Source of the DNA: the human T2T-CHM13v2.0 reference genome, Homo sapiens
Assembly: GCF_009914755.1 (NCBI RefSeq)
Contig: NC_060925.1
DNA length: 64,000 bases
Strand: one strand, 5' to 3'
Part shown: positions 45,243 through 58,204 of the stretch, piece after piece
How the letters are laid out: each line of letters starts with the position of its first letter
How positions within the stretch are numbered: position 1 is the first letter of the stretch
The notes under the pieces: model-generated
Told to the model about the DNA's origin: nothing
Databases searched by the model: none
The model's input: only the letters and a program-made list of their open reading frames with translations
Position numbers and translations under genes: made by a program

Positions 45243-45413
45243 AGTCTAGCATTCCAGAAACTGGGGATGGAATCTAGACTTGTGAGCGGCGGTGGTGCCT
45301 GCAGTGACACTGGTGCGTGCACTCCTGCGCGGTCTTTCTTAGCGCAGCAACGGCACATCACCAACACCAGAAGAAATCTCTCTGTTAAAGTCCCTGCTAC
45401 AACATCTGATTAA
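45243..45413 (+). CDS. HOOK1: HOOK1 last exon, coding part: SLAFQKLGMESRLVSGGGACSDTGACTPARSFLAQQRHITNTRRNLSVKVPATTSD*
   Basis: poly-T tract + cAG acceptor; TAA at 45411-45413; conserved SFLAQQR. Confidence 0.96.
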   Translation, partial: SLAFQKLGMESRLVSGGGACSDTGACTPARSFLAQQRHITNTRRNLSVKVPATTSD

Positions 45414-46172
45414 ACTGCAAAAAAAACAAAACAAAACAAAAAAACCACATAAAATAGAAGTGTCCTTAAAATATTTTGTACCTTTCAACTAACTACCAGA
45501 TTGAAAAAGAGTTTATGATGCGGGATATCAGGTATTTTAAAATCAACATGCATCAAATTAATTTTGCCAGTTGACTTTAAAAACAAATTATAGAATTAGC
45601 CATCTCTCTGAGGGAGCACATTTGAATAATTGGAGATGCAGTTATACACACATTTCAAACAAACATTTGTCTTTTGAGAGTATTATAATTTCAAATTGGC
45701 CTTGTATATTTTAGTTAAATGTTTTCAGTTGTATTAGTAACTTAATTAATTTTCAATAGCTATTCAGTAATACTTAATCTTAGAACATTAATTGGATTTG
45801 TTTAATCTTTTTTTGTTTTTTGTTGATTTATATGAAAACAGTCTTGAGGCAGGGACATGGAGAACTATGCAAGGGTGATTTCTTTGACTTAATATATACA
45901 AGGCTTTACTTCTGTCCCCTAATTCTTCCATTGAATGTGTACCTCTACCTTGTCATGTCATGGAAGATACAACATTTGGAAGATCTGACAATTGGAATGA
46001 CTTTGGAATAATAAAATTGACTAATTGGAAATTTTGCATATTCTGAAAATCTAATCTCATAGTTCTAATTTGTACCTATGGCAAATAAGGGCTTCTGGAC
46101 ATCATGTTTAAAATGTTAAGCATAAGAAATAAACTGACATTTGTAATAGGTGACTTTCTGATGGAAAGCAAG

Positions 46173-46173
<1 letters not shown>

Positions 46174-46215
<42 letters not shown>
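46174..46215. repeat. (TA)n microsatellite in the 3'UTR
   Basis: seen directly. Confidence 0.95.
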
Positions 46216-46216
<1 letters not shown>

Positions 46217-46534
46217 TTTTTGTGAAATGTCTATATACTTTTTAAGGTAATTAATGAAGATTTCAGTTATTGCTTTTAAGCATAAAGTTGTATTTAGCTT
46301 CTGCTGAAAAATTGTATCATATAATAATTTTGCTTCATTGAAAAGGGATGTTGCAGTGATGAAACAAGGTGGGATCAGTTTGATTTTGTTTACTTATTAA
46401 GGAGTTTATCTTGGGCTCAGTTTGTGGTATTCAGTTCGTTTCTGCCCAAAGCTCTTATTTTCAGAGGTGTTACTTTTGAACTTTTGGGGTCATTTTTAAA
46501 AGTTAGCACTTTTGAATTTTAGTTGTGTTAAATA

Positions 46535-46724
46535 TGTGCTGTCGTATATCATAGCCATGAGCCATATATGACAATTTAAATTTAATTAATTATAAACTCA
46601 GTCTCTTGGTTGCACCAGCCACATTTCAGATGCTCAATAGCCACATGTGGCTAGTGGGTACCATATTGGACAGGGCAGCTATAGAATATTTCCATCATTG
46701 CAGAAAGTTCTATTGGATAGTACC
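46535..46724 (-). mobile_element. MER3-like hAT-Charlie element in the 3'UTR
   Basis: GCTCAATAGCCACATGTGGCTAGTGG...CCATCATTGCAGAAAGTTCTATTGGA. Confidence 0.8.
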
Positions 46725-46943
46725 ATAATCTTTTTATAGTAACTTGGAAATACTATTTGATATTAGATGTTAGACCACAAAAAGAAGAAAAATGTTAGGA
46801 CTATTTCAGATATAAAAAGGAACTGAATTGTGACATAATTAGCATCTTACATTCCATACAGTTGAATACCTTATGCTGTGACAACCATAGTTAATCATTT
46901 CAGTGCTGTTCAACATACATACCTATCAGCAGTGTGTTTAGAC

Positions 46944-47165
46944 CAGGGGTCTGCAAACTTTCTGTGAATGGACAAAGAGTAAATACTTTAGTAAATGTCT
47001 TAGGCTTTGTGGCCTACATGATCTTTGTTGCAAGTACTCAACTCTGCCATTATAGAGTTAAAGCAGCCATACACAATATATAAACAAAATGGGCATAGTT
47101 GTATTTCAGTAAAACTTTATTTACAAAGACAGGCGGTAGGCCAGATTTGGCTTGCATGCTGTAGA
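46944..47165 (+). mobile_element. MER58A-like hAT-Charlie element in the 3'UTR
   Basis: CAGGGGTCTGCAAAC...ACTCAACTCTGCC...AAAACTTTATTTACAAA...GGCCAGATTTGGC. Confidence 0.82.
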
Positions 47166-48698
47166 GCTGTGGTCTAAATTTTATTCATAGACTTTCTTTG
47201 CAAATACAGTGTGAGTATTGTTCCATTTACAGTATTATTATTTTTTAGATACCTGGTTTTTAGATTCTTGCCTGGTAACTTTTTACTGAAAATACAAGAA
47301 TTTCGTACTGCATTTGCATCTCCGAGATTAGGGAGCACCTGTCAGGATATGTTGTTCTATCAGGGTTACTTCTGTTGACTACCTCTTAGATTTTGATACA
47401 GTTATATTGTTGAGTTTCATTTTCATATATTCTTGTAGTGTCTGCTTGCCTGTGACTTCTGGTAAAATAAAATAAGCCTTTGAAAATATTTTAGCATGGT
47501 ATTTAACATTTTCTAAATATTATGGCATTTTGACATATTTTAGTCAGCGAAGACATCTGCCCCTTTGGTGTTTCTACTTGCTTATGATTGAGATTTTACA
47601 AGCCCTTCAAACTCCGTTTTAAAGGAATTTATTGTAAAACATTAACTTTAATAAATTAGTGTTTTCACAGATCAGATCATTATACTTGGAACTTCTAAAT
47701 CATGCAATTTCTGAATAAGGACATAAGGCTAGATTCATTTTTCTTAATAGAGAAAAAGGAAATTTCTGATTTATCACTTTTCTAGTTGATAAGTAGGATT
47801 CAAAACGTTTGATATGTAAGTATTTATATAAGACTAATGTAATTTAAAGTTCTGTATTATTGTGATTAATCATACAGAAATTCAGGAACTGATCAGAAGT
47901 GAGATTCTTTTCCACATCTGGTTAATGTAGTGAGTTGACACCCTGTGGGTGGTAAAGCATTATAAACATTTCATCTTGAACCATGATTTATACACATCTG
48001 TGTTATAAGGGAGGCTTGAGTACATATACCAATGAAGAGATATTCAGCATTTGTCTATTTGATAAGGAATTAAATGTCCTAGTGATTATAAAGTAAAACC
48101 ACAGACCAATTTGCAAATGATCTTCAATGTTAAGCACTTGCTCTAAGATTAAAATTCCTTTTCTTTTTAAGGTTAAGGGTGTGTACGTATGGCAGTGATG
48201 TCTATGTTGAGATTAACTTATGTATTGAGGAAAATTTGAAGTTTATTTTTTCGATGAATAAGGCTGTCAAATGATTTAGTATAGATTAATGACATCTTTT
48301 TTAGAAATATTAAAGTGAGTATTCCTCATTATGTCATCATTTCTGATAATTAGAGTGCTAATTTGAATGTTAGATAATGTTTCCACATCTATACCTATTT
48401 CTTTCTAGGGCACTTCTGACCCTGGGGCTTGGGGATGGCCTTTAGGCCACAGTAGTGTCTGTGTTAAGTTCACTAAATGTGTATTTAATGAGAAACATTC
48501 CTATGTAAAAATGTGTGTATGTGAACGTATGCATACATTTTTATTGTGCACCTGTACATTGTGAAGAAGTAGTTTGGAAATTTGTAAAGCACAAACCATA
48601 AAAGAGTGTGGAGTTATTAAATGATGTAGCACAAATGTAATGTTTAGCTTATAAAAGGTCCTTTCTATTTTCTATGGCAAAGACTTTGACACTTGAAA

Positions 48699-48850
48699 AA
48701 TAAAACCAATATTTGATTTATTTTTGTAAGTATTTAGGATATTATTTTAAATAAATGATTGTCCATTATCAATATAATAGTTGTGAAATGATTTAAGTAA
48801 ATAAACTTTATGCTTCTGTGTCTGTTGATTTTGATGGGTTTTTAGTGGGC
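48699..48850 (+). terminator. Distal polyadenylation region
   Basis: AATAAA at 48699, 48750 and 48800; TGTGTCTGTTGATTTTGATGGGTTTTT downstream. Confidence 0.7.
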
Positions 48851-49070
48851 ATAAATGCATGTTTATTTGCTGCATTAAATAGAGGAGTGAAAATATGTAG
48901 GTTTGTAAAGAAAAAGTAATTGCATTCTTCTAATTTTGTTTTTCCTTTTAATTTTTTGGGGAATGAAAAGATGATATATTAAATGATTTGGGAATATGTC
49001 TTTTTATGTCTCCATTTTCACCTCTGGAACCTAGACATCTTGCATTAACACGGAATCAAAACATTTCTGG

Positions 49071-49357
49071 GGCCGGGCGTGGTGGCTATGCCTGTAATTC
49101 CAGCACTTTGGGAGGCCGAGGCAGGCAGGTCACTTGAGGTCAGGAGTTTGAGAACAGCCTTGCCAACACGGCAAAACCCCGTCTCTACTAAAAATACAAA
49201 AATTAGCCAGGTGCAGTGGCAGGCGCCTGTAGTCCCAGCTACTTGGGAGGCGGAGGCACAAGAGTCGCCTGAACCGGGAGGCAGAGGTTGCAGTGAGCTG
49301 AGATTGTGCCACTGCACTCCAGCCTGGGTGATAGAGTAAGACTCTGTCTCAAAAAAA
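49071..49357 (+). mobile_element. AluS
   Basis: GGCCGGGCGTGG...GTCTCAAAAAAAA; degenerate TSD AAACATTTCTGG / AGACATTCCTGG. Confidence 0.93.
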
Positions 49358-49599
49358 ACAAGACATTCCTGGGTAATATAATTTTAGAGACTGCTATTTA
49401 TCCCTGAATATCCATTCTACCCCTCTTAACTTTAGTGATGGAATCCCATATTTTAGCTTGTTACATTATTATCCAGGAAAAAAAGAGAAAACCAAAACTG
49501 TGCTTCCCAGATTCCAATATAACTAGGTGGGGTACAGCTTTGTTCTAGATATCTAGCTTGAATGTACGCAATTCACATTCTTCTGAAGTTCCAGGGGAT

Positions 49600-51295
49600 A
49601 TGGAACTTTCAAGCTTCTCTCATTGTCTTTGGCTTTTGACAGCTTGACTATCAAAAAGATGATGAGTTGTGGATCTAGGTGTTGACTTCTTCAAATTTAT
49701 TCTATTTGCAGTTTGTTGAGTTTGGATCTGCAGACTAATGCTTTTCATTAAACTTGGGAAATTTTTGACTATTATTTCTTGAAACATACTTTCTTCCTCT
49801 TTCTATCCTTTTCTCTGGTACTCTCATTATGCACCCGTTTTTACTTGGTGTCCCACATGTCTCCAAGGCTCTGCCCATTTTTCTTCATTCTCTCTTGATT
49901 CTGCTCCTCAGAATAGATCATCTCATTGATTTATCTTCAAGTGTATTGGTTCTTCCTCTGCCAGCTCAAATGTGCTGCTGAGTTCCTCTAGTGAATTTTT
50001 TGTTTCAGTTATTGTACTTTTCAAATCTAGAATTTCTAGTTAGTTGCTGTTTTCTATTTCTGACTCCTTATTGTGATTTTCTGTTCAGTGGAAAATCATT
50101 TTCATATTTAACTTAATTCTTTATCCAATAATTAATTCTTAGGCTCATAGAACATACTTAAAGCTTTTGTCTAGTAAATCCAATGCCTGGGCTTCTTCAG
50201 GGACTGTTTCCAGTAACTTCTTTTTATCCTGTCTATGAGCCATTGTTTTCTGTTTCTTCACATGATTCATAATTTTTTATTGGAAATTTGGCATTATAAG
50301 TAATATGTGGAAACTCTGGAAATCAGACCCCGCCCCACAGTGTATTATTGTTACTGTTATTGCCTTTTGTTTAGAGACTTGAACTAATTCTGTAAAAATT
50401 CCATTCTTCATCATGTGCAGCCACTGAATTCTGTGCTTTTTAAGCAAAGTATCCAGCTAATTTTGGACAGCGATTTCCTTGAATGTTTTGAAATAAGTCT
50501 CTCAGCCTTTCCCAAAGGGCTCTGCGTGTGTTTTGCATTATACCTTCAACACTCCAGCAGGTAGTTTACAGTTCTATTGTAACCTTAGTTTCTTGCTTAC
50601 ACAGACCCTCACAGTCAGCCAGAGATGAGAGATTCGAGTCTTTCCAGGTCTTTGCCTGGGTATGCATGTAGCCCTCACATGTGCATGGTCTTCTAGATTC
50701 CTAGGCATATGTTAGAGTGTTAGAAGCCCCGGTGGGCATCTCTATTTCCAGTTTATCCTTTTAATCCTCTGTTTTAATTCCAACTTGTATTGCTACCTTG
50801 GGTTACTGTAATGTTGCACAATTGTCACTGATTTTTTTTTTTTAACAAATGTCCTGTAGTGTGGTTTGCACAGAATCAGCGTTTAGTAAGGTAAAACAAA
50901 GACAAGTTCTGAGAATGGGGCTTTTCAGGGAACTGCCAGAGAGGTCATATAATGACAACTTTCTGGGAATGGGGCCTTTGGGGTGCTCCAAACCCATTCT
51001 GCTCCCTCCAGTGGCTGCTTGATCACGGGTATTCACAGCTACCATAATTGTGAGACTGTTGCTTTTAAGGATACTTGAGAGCTGGGGAGAGGAGAACCGG
51101 CATAGGGCAAGTTAAAACAGAGCTCCCTGTTTTTACTGAGAGCAGCTCTTCTTTTTTTAAACAAATGCTCAGGTTGTTTTGAGACTTTAATTTTCAGCAT
51201 TCTGAAAATGTTGATTTTGATTATTTTTGCTCACGTTCTCAGTGCTTTTATGGAATGGATTTTTGGAGCTCCTTAAGTTACCATTTCAGAAGTTC
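49600..51295 (-). mobile_element. Ancient L1M ORF1/5' fragment, homologous to 27180-29990
   Basis: colinear similarity, e.g. GTGCAGCCACTGAATTCTGTGCT vs GTGTAGCCACTGAAGTCTCTGCT. Confidence 0.7.
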
Positions 51296-51940
51296 TCGCC
51301 ACAAGTCAGATTTTTGAAAGTAGGAGTGACCTCAGTAACCAGTATTTAAAGCCCACCTTTTCCAGAATGTGAAATTAAGAAATATAGAGGTTCATGGCTT
51401 GCTGCATGGCTACGGAAAATTTATGGCACACTGCAGCATTAATGTCACTTGGCTGCTTGCTCTCCCCTACCCCTCACCTCCACTGTGTGTCCAACAAACA
51501 TTTCCTGAGCATCTGCTATGCATGAAACAGGTACTGAATGTGTGTGAACAAGACACAGTCACCTCTGAAAAGCTCATTTTAATTGGGAGATTATATGGAA
51601 ATAGGAAATAAAACCTTTTAAATTAAATTCTCAGGGAATGGAGGAAGGAGCAACTAACCAAGAGTCAAGAAAAATGTCACTGGAGAGCTAACGTTTAGGC
51701 TGGCCTTTACAGGATGAATAGGAGTCTGCCAGGTATAATTAAACATTTCTTGCAGAAAAACTAGCTTCTGTAAAGACATGATGAAGGATCTGGCCTATTT
51801 AGGGAAGTAATAGTTCAGTACTTTGGCAGGAGAAGTACTAAGAGATGTAATTCAAAAGGTGAATAGATTTCACATCATAAAAATTACCATATGTCCACCT
51901 AAGGAGCATGCCCTTACATATGGCTATGCAGGCCCTACAT

Positions 51941-52054
51941 CAGGGGTGTCCAATCTTTTCAATCTTTTGACTTCCCCAGGCCATGTTGGAAGAAGAAAAA
52001 TTGTCTTTGGCCACACATAAAATACACTAATACTAACAACGATAGCTGATGAGC

Positions 52055-52085
<31 letters not shown>

Positions 52086-52179
52086 AGAAAGAAAGAAAGA
52101 ATCTCATGTTTCAAGAAAGTTGTCTAATTTGTGTTGGGCCGCATTCAAAGCCATCCTGGGCCGCTTGTGGACAAACTTA
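51941..52179 (+). mobile_element. MER30-like hAT element with an expanded internal A/(AAAG)n run
   Basis: CAGGGGTGTCCAATCTTTT...GATAGCTGATGAGCTAAAA...GGGCCGCATTCAAAGCC; degenerate TSD CCCTACAT / CTCTACGT. Confidence 0.85.
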
Positions 52180-52494
52180 CTCTACGTGATCCAACGCCAG
52201 AGGGCACCATTCACCTAGACTACAAGTGAATGGCAGCCTGGGGTTTTACAACATAGCAGCCATACTGAAGAATCTGTAATTTATCCTGTAGTCAGCAGGG
52301 AGAATATCTTGTTTTGTGGACACAGTGAGGAAAAGATCAAATTGCCTGGGGAAAAAAAAGGTCTAGAAATAAGTTCTCCAAATTGTATAATAGCATAACT
52401 GGATGCTTCTCTGAAATAACCATACAGCATTACTACTGTAATTGATGATTATCATGTCACTTTGATCTCATGTTTTCACAAGAAATACAATGCA

Positions 52495-52870
52495 GGTGTA
52501 TCTGACAGCATAGGGTAAGTTATGCTGTAGTAATTTTGAAATTTTAGTTTAGTTTATAACAAAATAGGTTTATTTCTGACATCATACGTTCATCTTGAAT
52601 AAGCTGTGACTCTGCTTCCTGTCTTTGTCACACTGGACAGACTCTTATCTAGAACACTGGTGGTCTCATGGCAGAGAGGAAACATGTTGCAATACTAGCC
52701 AGCTTTCAAGCACTTAGAAGTGGCTCGTGGAACTTTTGCTCTCATTTTATTGATCAAAGCCAATCACACGGCCATTCCTGAATTCATGAAGGTGGTTATA
52801 CATAATCATCCCACAGGAAGGAGCACCACAAGGAGAGGCACCTCAGAGGGGGACAGTGGACTTTTGACCA
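52495..52870. mobile_element. Old MLT1-type LTR
   Basis: TAAGTTATGCTGTAGTAA...CTCATGGCAGAGAGGAA...GCCAATCACACGGCC; degraded. Confidence 0.5.
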
Positions 52871-53724
52871 GTTATATATTCCACCTCAGCAGGTGTTATT
52901 CTATTTTTCAGATTAGGAAATGATTTCAGGAAAGTAAAGTAACCTGTTTAATTCACAAGCAAAAGGTAATAAATGGTAAAAACCAGGAATGGAATTCAGG
53001 CCAGCTTAGCTACAAAGATCCGACCTCTAGTTCATCTGACTCCCAGTGCTACCCCGCTGAGTCTTTTAATGTTGTTTTGTGTGCATCAGAGCCCTGTGAT
53101 GTCTTTGGACTTCAGATTATTTTGGCAAAGAGAAGCCTCTGTTCTGACCCTAATTGTTATAACCAACACCATCAATGACAGAGCCAGTCTCTGAAAGTGA
53201 CCCTTTGCATTTGACCCTTTCTTCTTGCTTAGCTTAATTCCTTGTCTGTTTCAAAAGAAGAAAAGGTTCTTAGCTTTCCAGAGCAGAACAAATAGCTCAT
53301 GGTGAATACACAAAAACTGTGTGACCCAGAAAGTACAAAATCTTCATCCAGGGCATCAGCCTGTTGTTGAGAAACAAGCGTGGGGAAATGGGCTAGGTGG
53401 CACCACTCCAGAAAGCCAGCTGGGACTGAAAGAGTGAGGTAAGACAGGAGCCTGTGCTCCTCCACTGCATTTCTGAAGGATTGTAATAGAAGTTAGCATG
53501 AGGGCTGTGAAATAGGTCATGGGGTGAGATGACAAGGACAGAGGGGTAGTGGCGGAGATCTGACTTCTGGTGATAGGTCCCACCTAACACCAACCCACAA
53601 TGAATCCACTGATTTTGTTCATTAATTCACTATTAAACACTACCATGTTGCAGGCACTGTTCTTAATACTGTGGACTCAGAATTGAACAAGACAGATACT
53701 GCTCTTGCCCTCAGGGAGTGTAGT

Positions 53725-54225
53725 GTATTAGTTAACTATTGCTGTGTGAAAATGCACCTCAAACCTGAGTGGCTTAAAACAGTAACCATTTATTTAACTC
53801 ACAAATCTCAGGTTGGAAATTTAGGCTGGCTCAGGCAGTTCTTGTCTGGGCTCACTCATGCAAGTGCATTCAACTTCCAAATTTGCTTGGATCCAACTCA
53901 TCTCAAGTCCTTATGCACAGCTCTGGAGGCTGGCCAGCTATCAGCTAGGGCAATGTGATGGCAATGATGAAGCCACATGTTTCTTATCCTGCAGCAGAGT
54001 AAGGTGGACTTGTTTAAATGGTGGCAGGAGGGTCCCAGAAGAGCACGCAGAAGCACACACAGTCTCTTCAGCCCTGGGGTCAGCCAGGAAAGTCATTTCA
54101 CCACCAGGCCAGCCCCAAGTAAAGGAGACTGTGAGTAGATGCTAGCTCGTGAGGAGAGAAGTTGTAAAGTCACATTTCAAGGGTTGTAGACACAATGAAG
54201 GGAGTTATTGTAGCCTCTTTTTACA
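53725..54225. mobile_element. Old MLT1-type LTR
   Basis: TGTATTAGTTAACTATTGCTGTG...GTGGCTTAAAACA start. Confidence 0.55.
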
Positions 54226-54279
54226 GATATATATAACTCTCAGCCAGACTTAAGTTCCATGAAAAACACAACAGAGTGG

Positions 54280-57040
54280 AGAGACTTCTGTTTCATGCTG
54301 TGACAGTTAACTGGACTGGACTAGCCCTTCTACCACAAGAAAGACCAGAGAAGTGGACAAGGTAAATAAACTTTTCCAGATATTGGAAAGCTGAAAATGC
54401 AGAACTGTTTCCCAACAGAGAGGACCAAATGAAGTGAGCTCTACAATATCTGGCTTTCTCCCTGGAGCGATTTACTAGACTCCATTTCAAGAATCAGGGA
54501 AACAATCAGAACACAGTAATCTTGGTAAGATGAGAAAATAAATTGGACCTTAGGGTGACTGACATGGCTAGAATTTGTAGAATAGAGAAAGGTGGAAGCA
54601 ACAGCAAGAAAGAGCTCCAGAAATCTTGAAAGAGATCAGCTGAATACCAACCTCTGCGGGTGTAGAGCGAGACTCCATGAGGTTGGGCAAAGGACATCTA
54701 CTAGAGAGAAAACACCTACCAGAGAGCTATAAGCTTAATGATTGCCATAGCTTTTTAAAAATTATTTTTTATTATGTTACTTTAAGGTCTGGGATACATG
54801 TGCAGAACATGCAGGTTTGTTACATAGGTGTACATGTGCCATGGTGGTTTGCTGCACCTATCAACCAGTCATCTAGGTTTTAAGCCCTGCATGCATTAGG
54901 TATTTGTCCTAATCCTCTCCCTCCCCTTGCCCTGCAACCCCCGACAGGCCTCAGTGTGTGATGTTCCTCTCTCTGTGTCCATGTGTTCTCATTGTTCAAC
55001 TCCCACTTATGAGTGAGAACATGCAGTGTTTGGTTTTCTGTTCCTGTGTTAGTTTGCTGAAAATGATGGTTTCCAGCTTCATCCGTGTCCCTGCAAAGGA
55101 CATGAACTCATTCTATTTTATGGCTGTATAGTATTCCATGGTGTACATGTGCCACATTTTCTTTATCCAGTCTGTCATTGATGGGCATTTGGGTTGGTTC
55201 CAAGTCTTTGCTATTGTAAATAGTGCTGCAGTAAACACACATGTGCATGTGTCTTTATAGTAGAATGATTTATAATCCTTTGGGTATTTACCTAGGAATG
55301 GGATTGCTGGGTCAAGTGGTATTTCTGGCTCTAGATCCTTGAGGAATCACCACACTGTCTTCCACAATGGTACTAATTTACACTCCCATGAACAGTGTAA
55401 AAGCGTTCCTATTTCTCCACATCCTCACCAGCATCTGTTGTTTCCTGACTTTTTAATGATCATCATTCTAACTGGTGTGAGATAGTATCTCATTGTGGTT
55501 TTGATTTGCATTCCTCTAATGATCAGAGATGATGAGCGTTTTTTCATATGTTTGTTGGCCGCATAAATGTCTTCTTTTGAGAAGTGTCTGTTCATATTCT
55601 TCACCCATTTTTGATGGGGTTGTTTTTTTATTTTACACGTTGTACAAAAATTAACTCAAGATGAGTTAAAGACTTAAATGTAAAACCTGAAACCATAAAA
55701 ACCCTAGAAGAAAACCTAGGCAATACCATTCAGGACATAGGCATGGGCAAAGACTTCATGACTAAAACACCAAAAGGAATTGCAACAAAAGCCAAAATTG
55801 ACAAATAGGATCTAATTAAACTAAAGAGCTTCTGCACAGCAAAAGAAACTATCATCAGAATGAAAAGGCAACCTATAGAATGGGAGAAAATTTTTACAAT
55901 CTATCCATCTGACAAAGCTCTAATATCCAGAATCTACAAGGAACTTAAACAAATTTATAAGATTACCATAGCTTTTACAGGGCTGGAATTAGCTATATTC
56001 ATTGAGAGTGGATATAACTCATTGAATATCTCAGGCAGTCAGTAGAGACTGCGAAAAAATCACTCTTTAGGAGCCCTGGAATGGAGGCTACTTTAAATCT
56101 ACTCTAACAAAGCTTTAAAATGAGCTTCAAAAGGATTAAGGTGTCCTACAAGTAAATTAACTGCCTATTAAAATAAAACTTAATACTCTGTAAAGGAAGA
56201 CAATGAAAACACTCAACAATGAAAAACTTACATAATAATTACTAGACATAAAGAAGTGGAAATATGTGACCTGTAACAAGGAGAAAAACTCAGTTAAGAG
56301 ACACAGACAAAAACAACAGACAGGGACTTTTAAATGAATAGTATAAGTATATTCAAAGATCTAAAGAAAAATAACAGAGAAATAGAAACTATTTTTAAAA
56401 AGATGCATTGATACTTCTAGAAAAATAAAATATATGAAATAAAAAAAATTAATGGGTGGGCTTAATGACAAACTCAACACTGCAGAGGAAACTAAGAGTG
56501 AACTCAGTTGAACTTCTTAAAGACAGAAACTTGAACAGAAACTATCCAAACTAAAGCATAGAGAGAAGAAACGCTGAAAAATATTAACAGAACCTCAGTG
56601 GCCAGTAATTCAACATCAAGGGGGCCGCATATGTATGACTGAAATCCCAGAAATATGGGAGCAGGGAGTGGGTTAAGAAAAAGAAGTATTTAAGGAAATA
56701 ATGGCCACAATTTATCCAAATTTTCTAAAAACAATAAACTCATAAATACAAGAAGCTTAATAAAGATAAACACCAAGTAAACGATACCAAGATACATTAT
56801 TACCAAATTGCTGACAAGTAATGATAAAGAAAAGAATCTTAAAAACAGCTGTAAGACAAAAGACTCCTAATAAATAGTGGAACAAGGATGTGAGTGATTG
56901 TGGCCCTTTCATCAGAAGCAACATAAGCCAGGAAACAATGAAATGACATCTTCAAAGTTCTATAAGAAAAAAACCCTGTTAATTTATAGTTCTATATATG
57001 GTGAAATTTTTATTCAAAAATGAAGGCAAATTAAGACATT
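54280..57040 (+). mobile_element. Ancient L1M 5'/ORF1 region, split by the younger L1PA
   Basis: A-rich ORF1-like text (GAAATAATGGCCACAATTTATCCAAA, CAATGAAATGACATCTTCAAAGT). Confidence 0.6.
54756..55960 (-). mobile_element. L1PA insertion with 5' inversion (3' part antisense 54756-~55630, inverted part sense ~55632-55960)
   Basis: TSD GATTGCCATAGCTTTT (54740-54755) / GATTACCATAGCTTTT (55961-55976); ORF 55860..56045(+) starts with ORF2 residues. Confidence 0.92.
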
Positions 57041-58204
57041 CTGTGATGGAAGAAAAAGAGAGGAGAAGGGAGAAAACCTGGGGAGAATTCAAGGCACAAT
57101 ATATGGTGGTGGTTTTCAAGAATAAGTGAGATGGAGAGGAGTCAGCCTGGGGGACTTCGTCAACATATATCCTTCCCCCAAAGATGGTTATGCAGTGATG
57201 GCAGTGGTGAAAAATGATGTTGTGAAGCCATGTGTATTTCAGAAATGTTTCCTTTGGTTTTCATAACCCAGTGGGGACCACTAATGTCAGTTGATTTTTA
57301 CGTTTATAATCCCCCATTTCTCACTTTCATCAGCACTGGAATGAGCTCTGAGAAGGGATGGTTCTGTATCTCCCTTCGTTAACCACTATCTGATTCGTAG
57401 TATGTGCTCAGTAAGTGTTTGTTGAATTGACTTAAAAAGACTATTAATGCGAGGCTTGGTACCAAAAGCACAGCTCCATTTTCTCTTTCCAAGTAGAAGA
57501 AGAAATTCATAAGGTTTGGTTTTTCCACAGTTAGGGAGATACCACCAGCATATGGGGGTACTGAGGAAAGCAATGCAATTTTACCAAGTGAGAAAACATT
57601 ATTAGCTATATTATAGGATACTCTCATACATTCAAAGCTAATCAGAATAAAAGGAAGGAGCATCTTCCACTGCAGATGTACTTGGAACTGTACTTTCAGA
57701 TAGTTAATGGCAGAAACACCCATGTATATGTGTGATAGAGTAAAAATAAAAACGTGGCAAGGAATCCTTCATAGTGAGTGTCACAGCCCAGCAAAGCAGG
57801 ATCCAGTGTTTGCCACATTTATAGCCCTGTCCTCTTCTTGCTGTTCACAGCACTGACCCTGAGCCACAGCAAGATCCTGAGGTGTCCTGTGAGTCGTGTA
57901 TCCACTCCTTCATTCAACACAGAAAGAGAAATATCACTCATTAGGGTCTCACTGTGGGCTGGATATTATATTTGTAACAGGATATCCAAATGGGGTTCTT
58001 CATCTCTCAGTTTCACATGGAGTCCCAGTTACTGCAAATAGCACATGCCAAGTGCTATTAAACCCACAGCTGTAAAGTAGGGCACTTGAAATCCTATGTG
58101 AGACTTGCCACAGGGGCCTCAGATAACTGTTTTTGTCACCCTTACAGCCCATTGCCTACATTGAGGACTAATGGAAGAGGCAGAGAGGCTTCTGTGGTGA
58201 GGAG

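Larger units (their letters stand above)
45414..48830 (+). other. HOOK1: HOOK1 3'UTR (~3.4 kb; end approximate)
   Basis: AU-rich sequence after the stop codon, running to an AATAAA cluster followed by a GT/T-rich element. Confidence 0.75.

Noticed and set aside
45419-45444. A-rich run just after the stop codon as a possible very proximal poly(A) end
   Set aside because: Genomic (CAAAA)n tract with no upstream AATAAA; it would cause oligo-dT internal-priming artefacts
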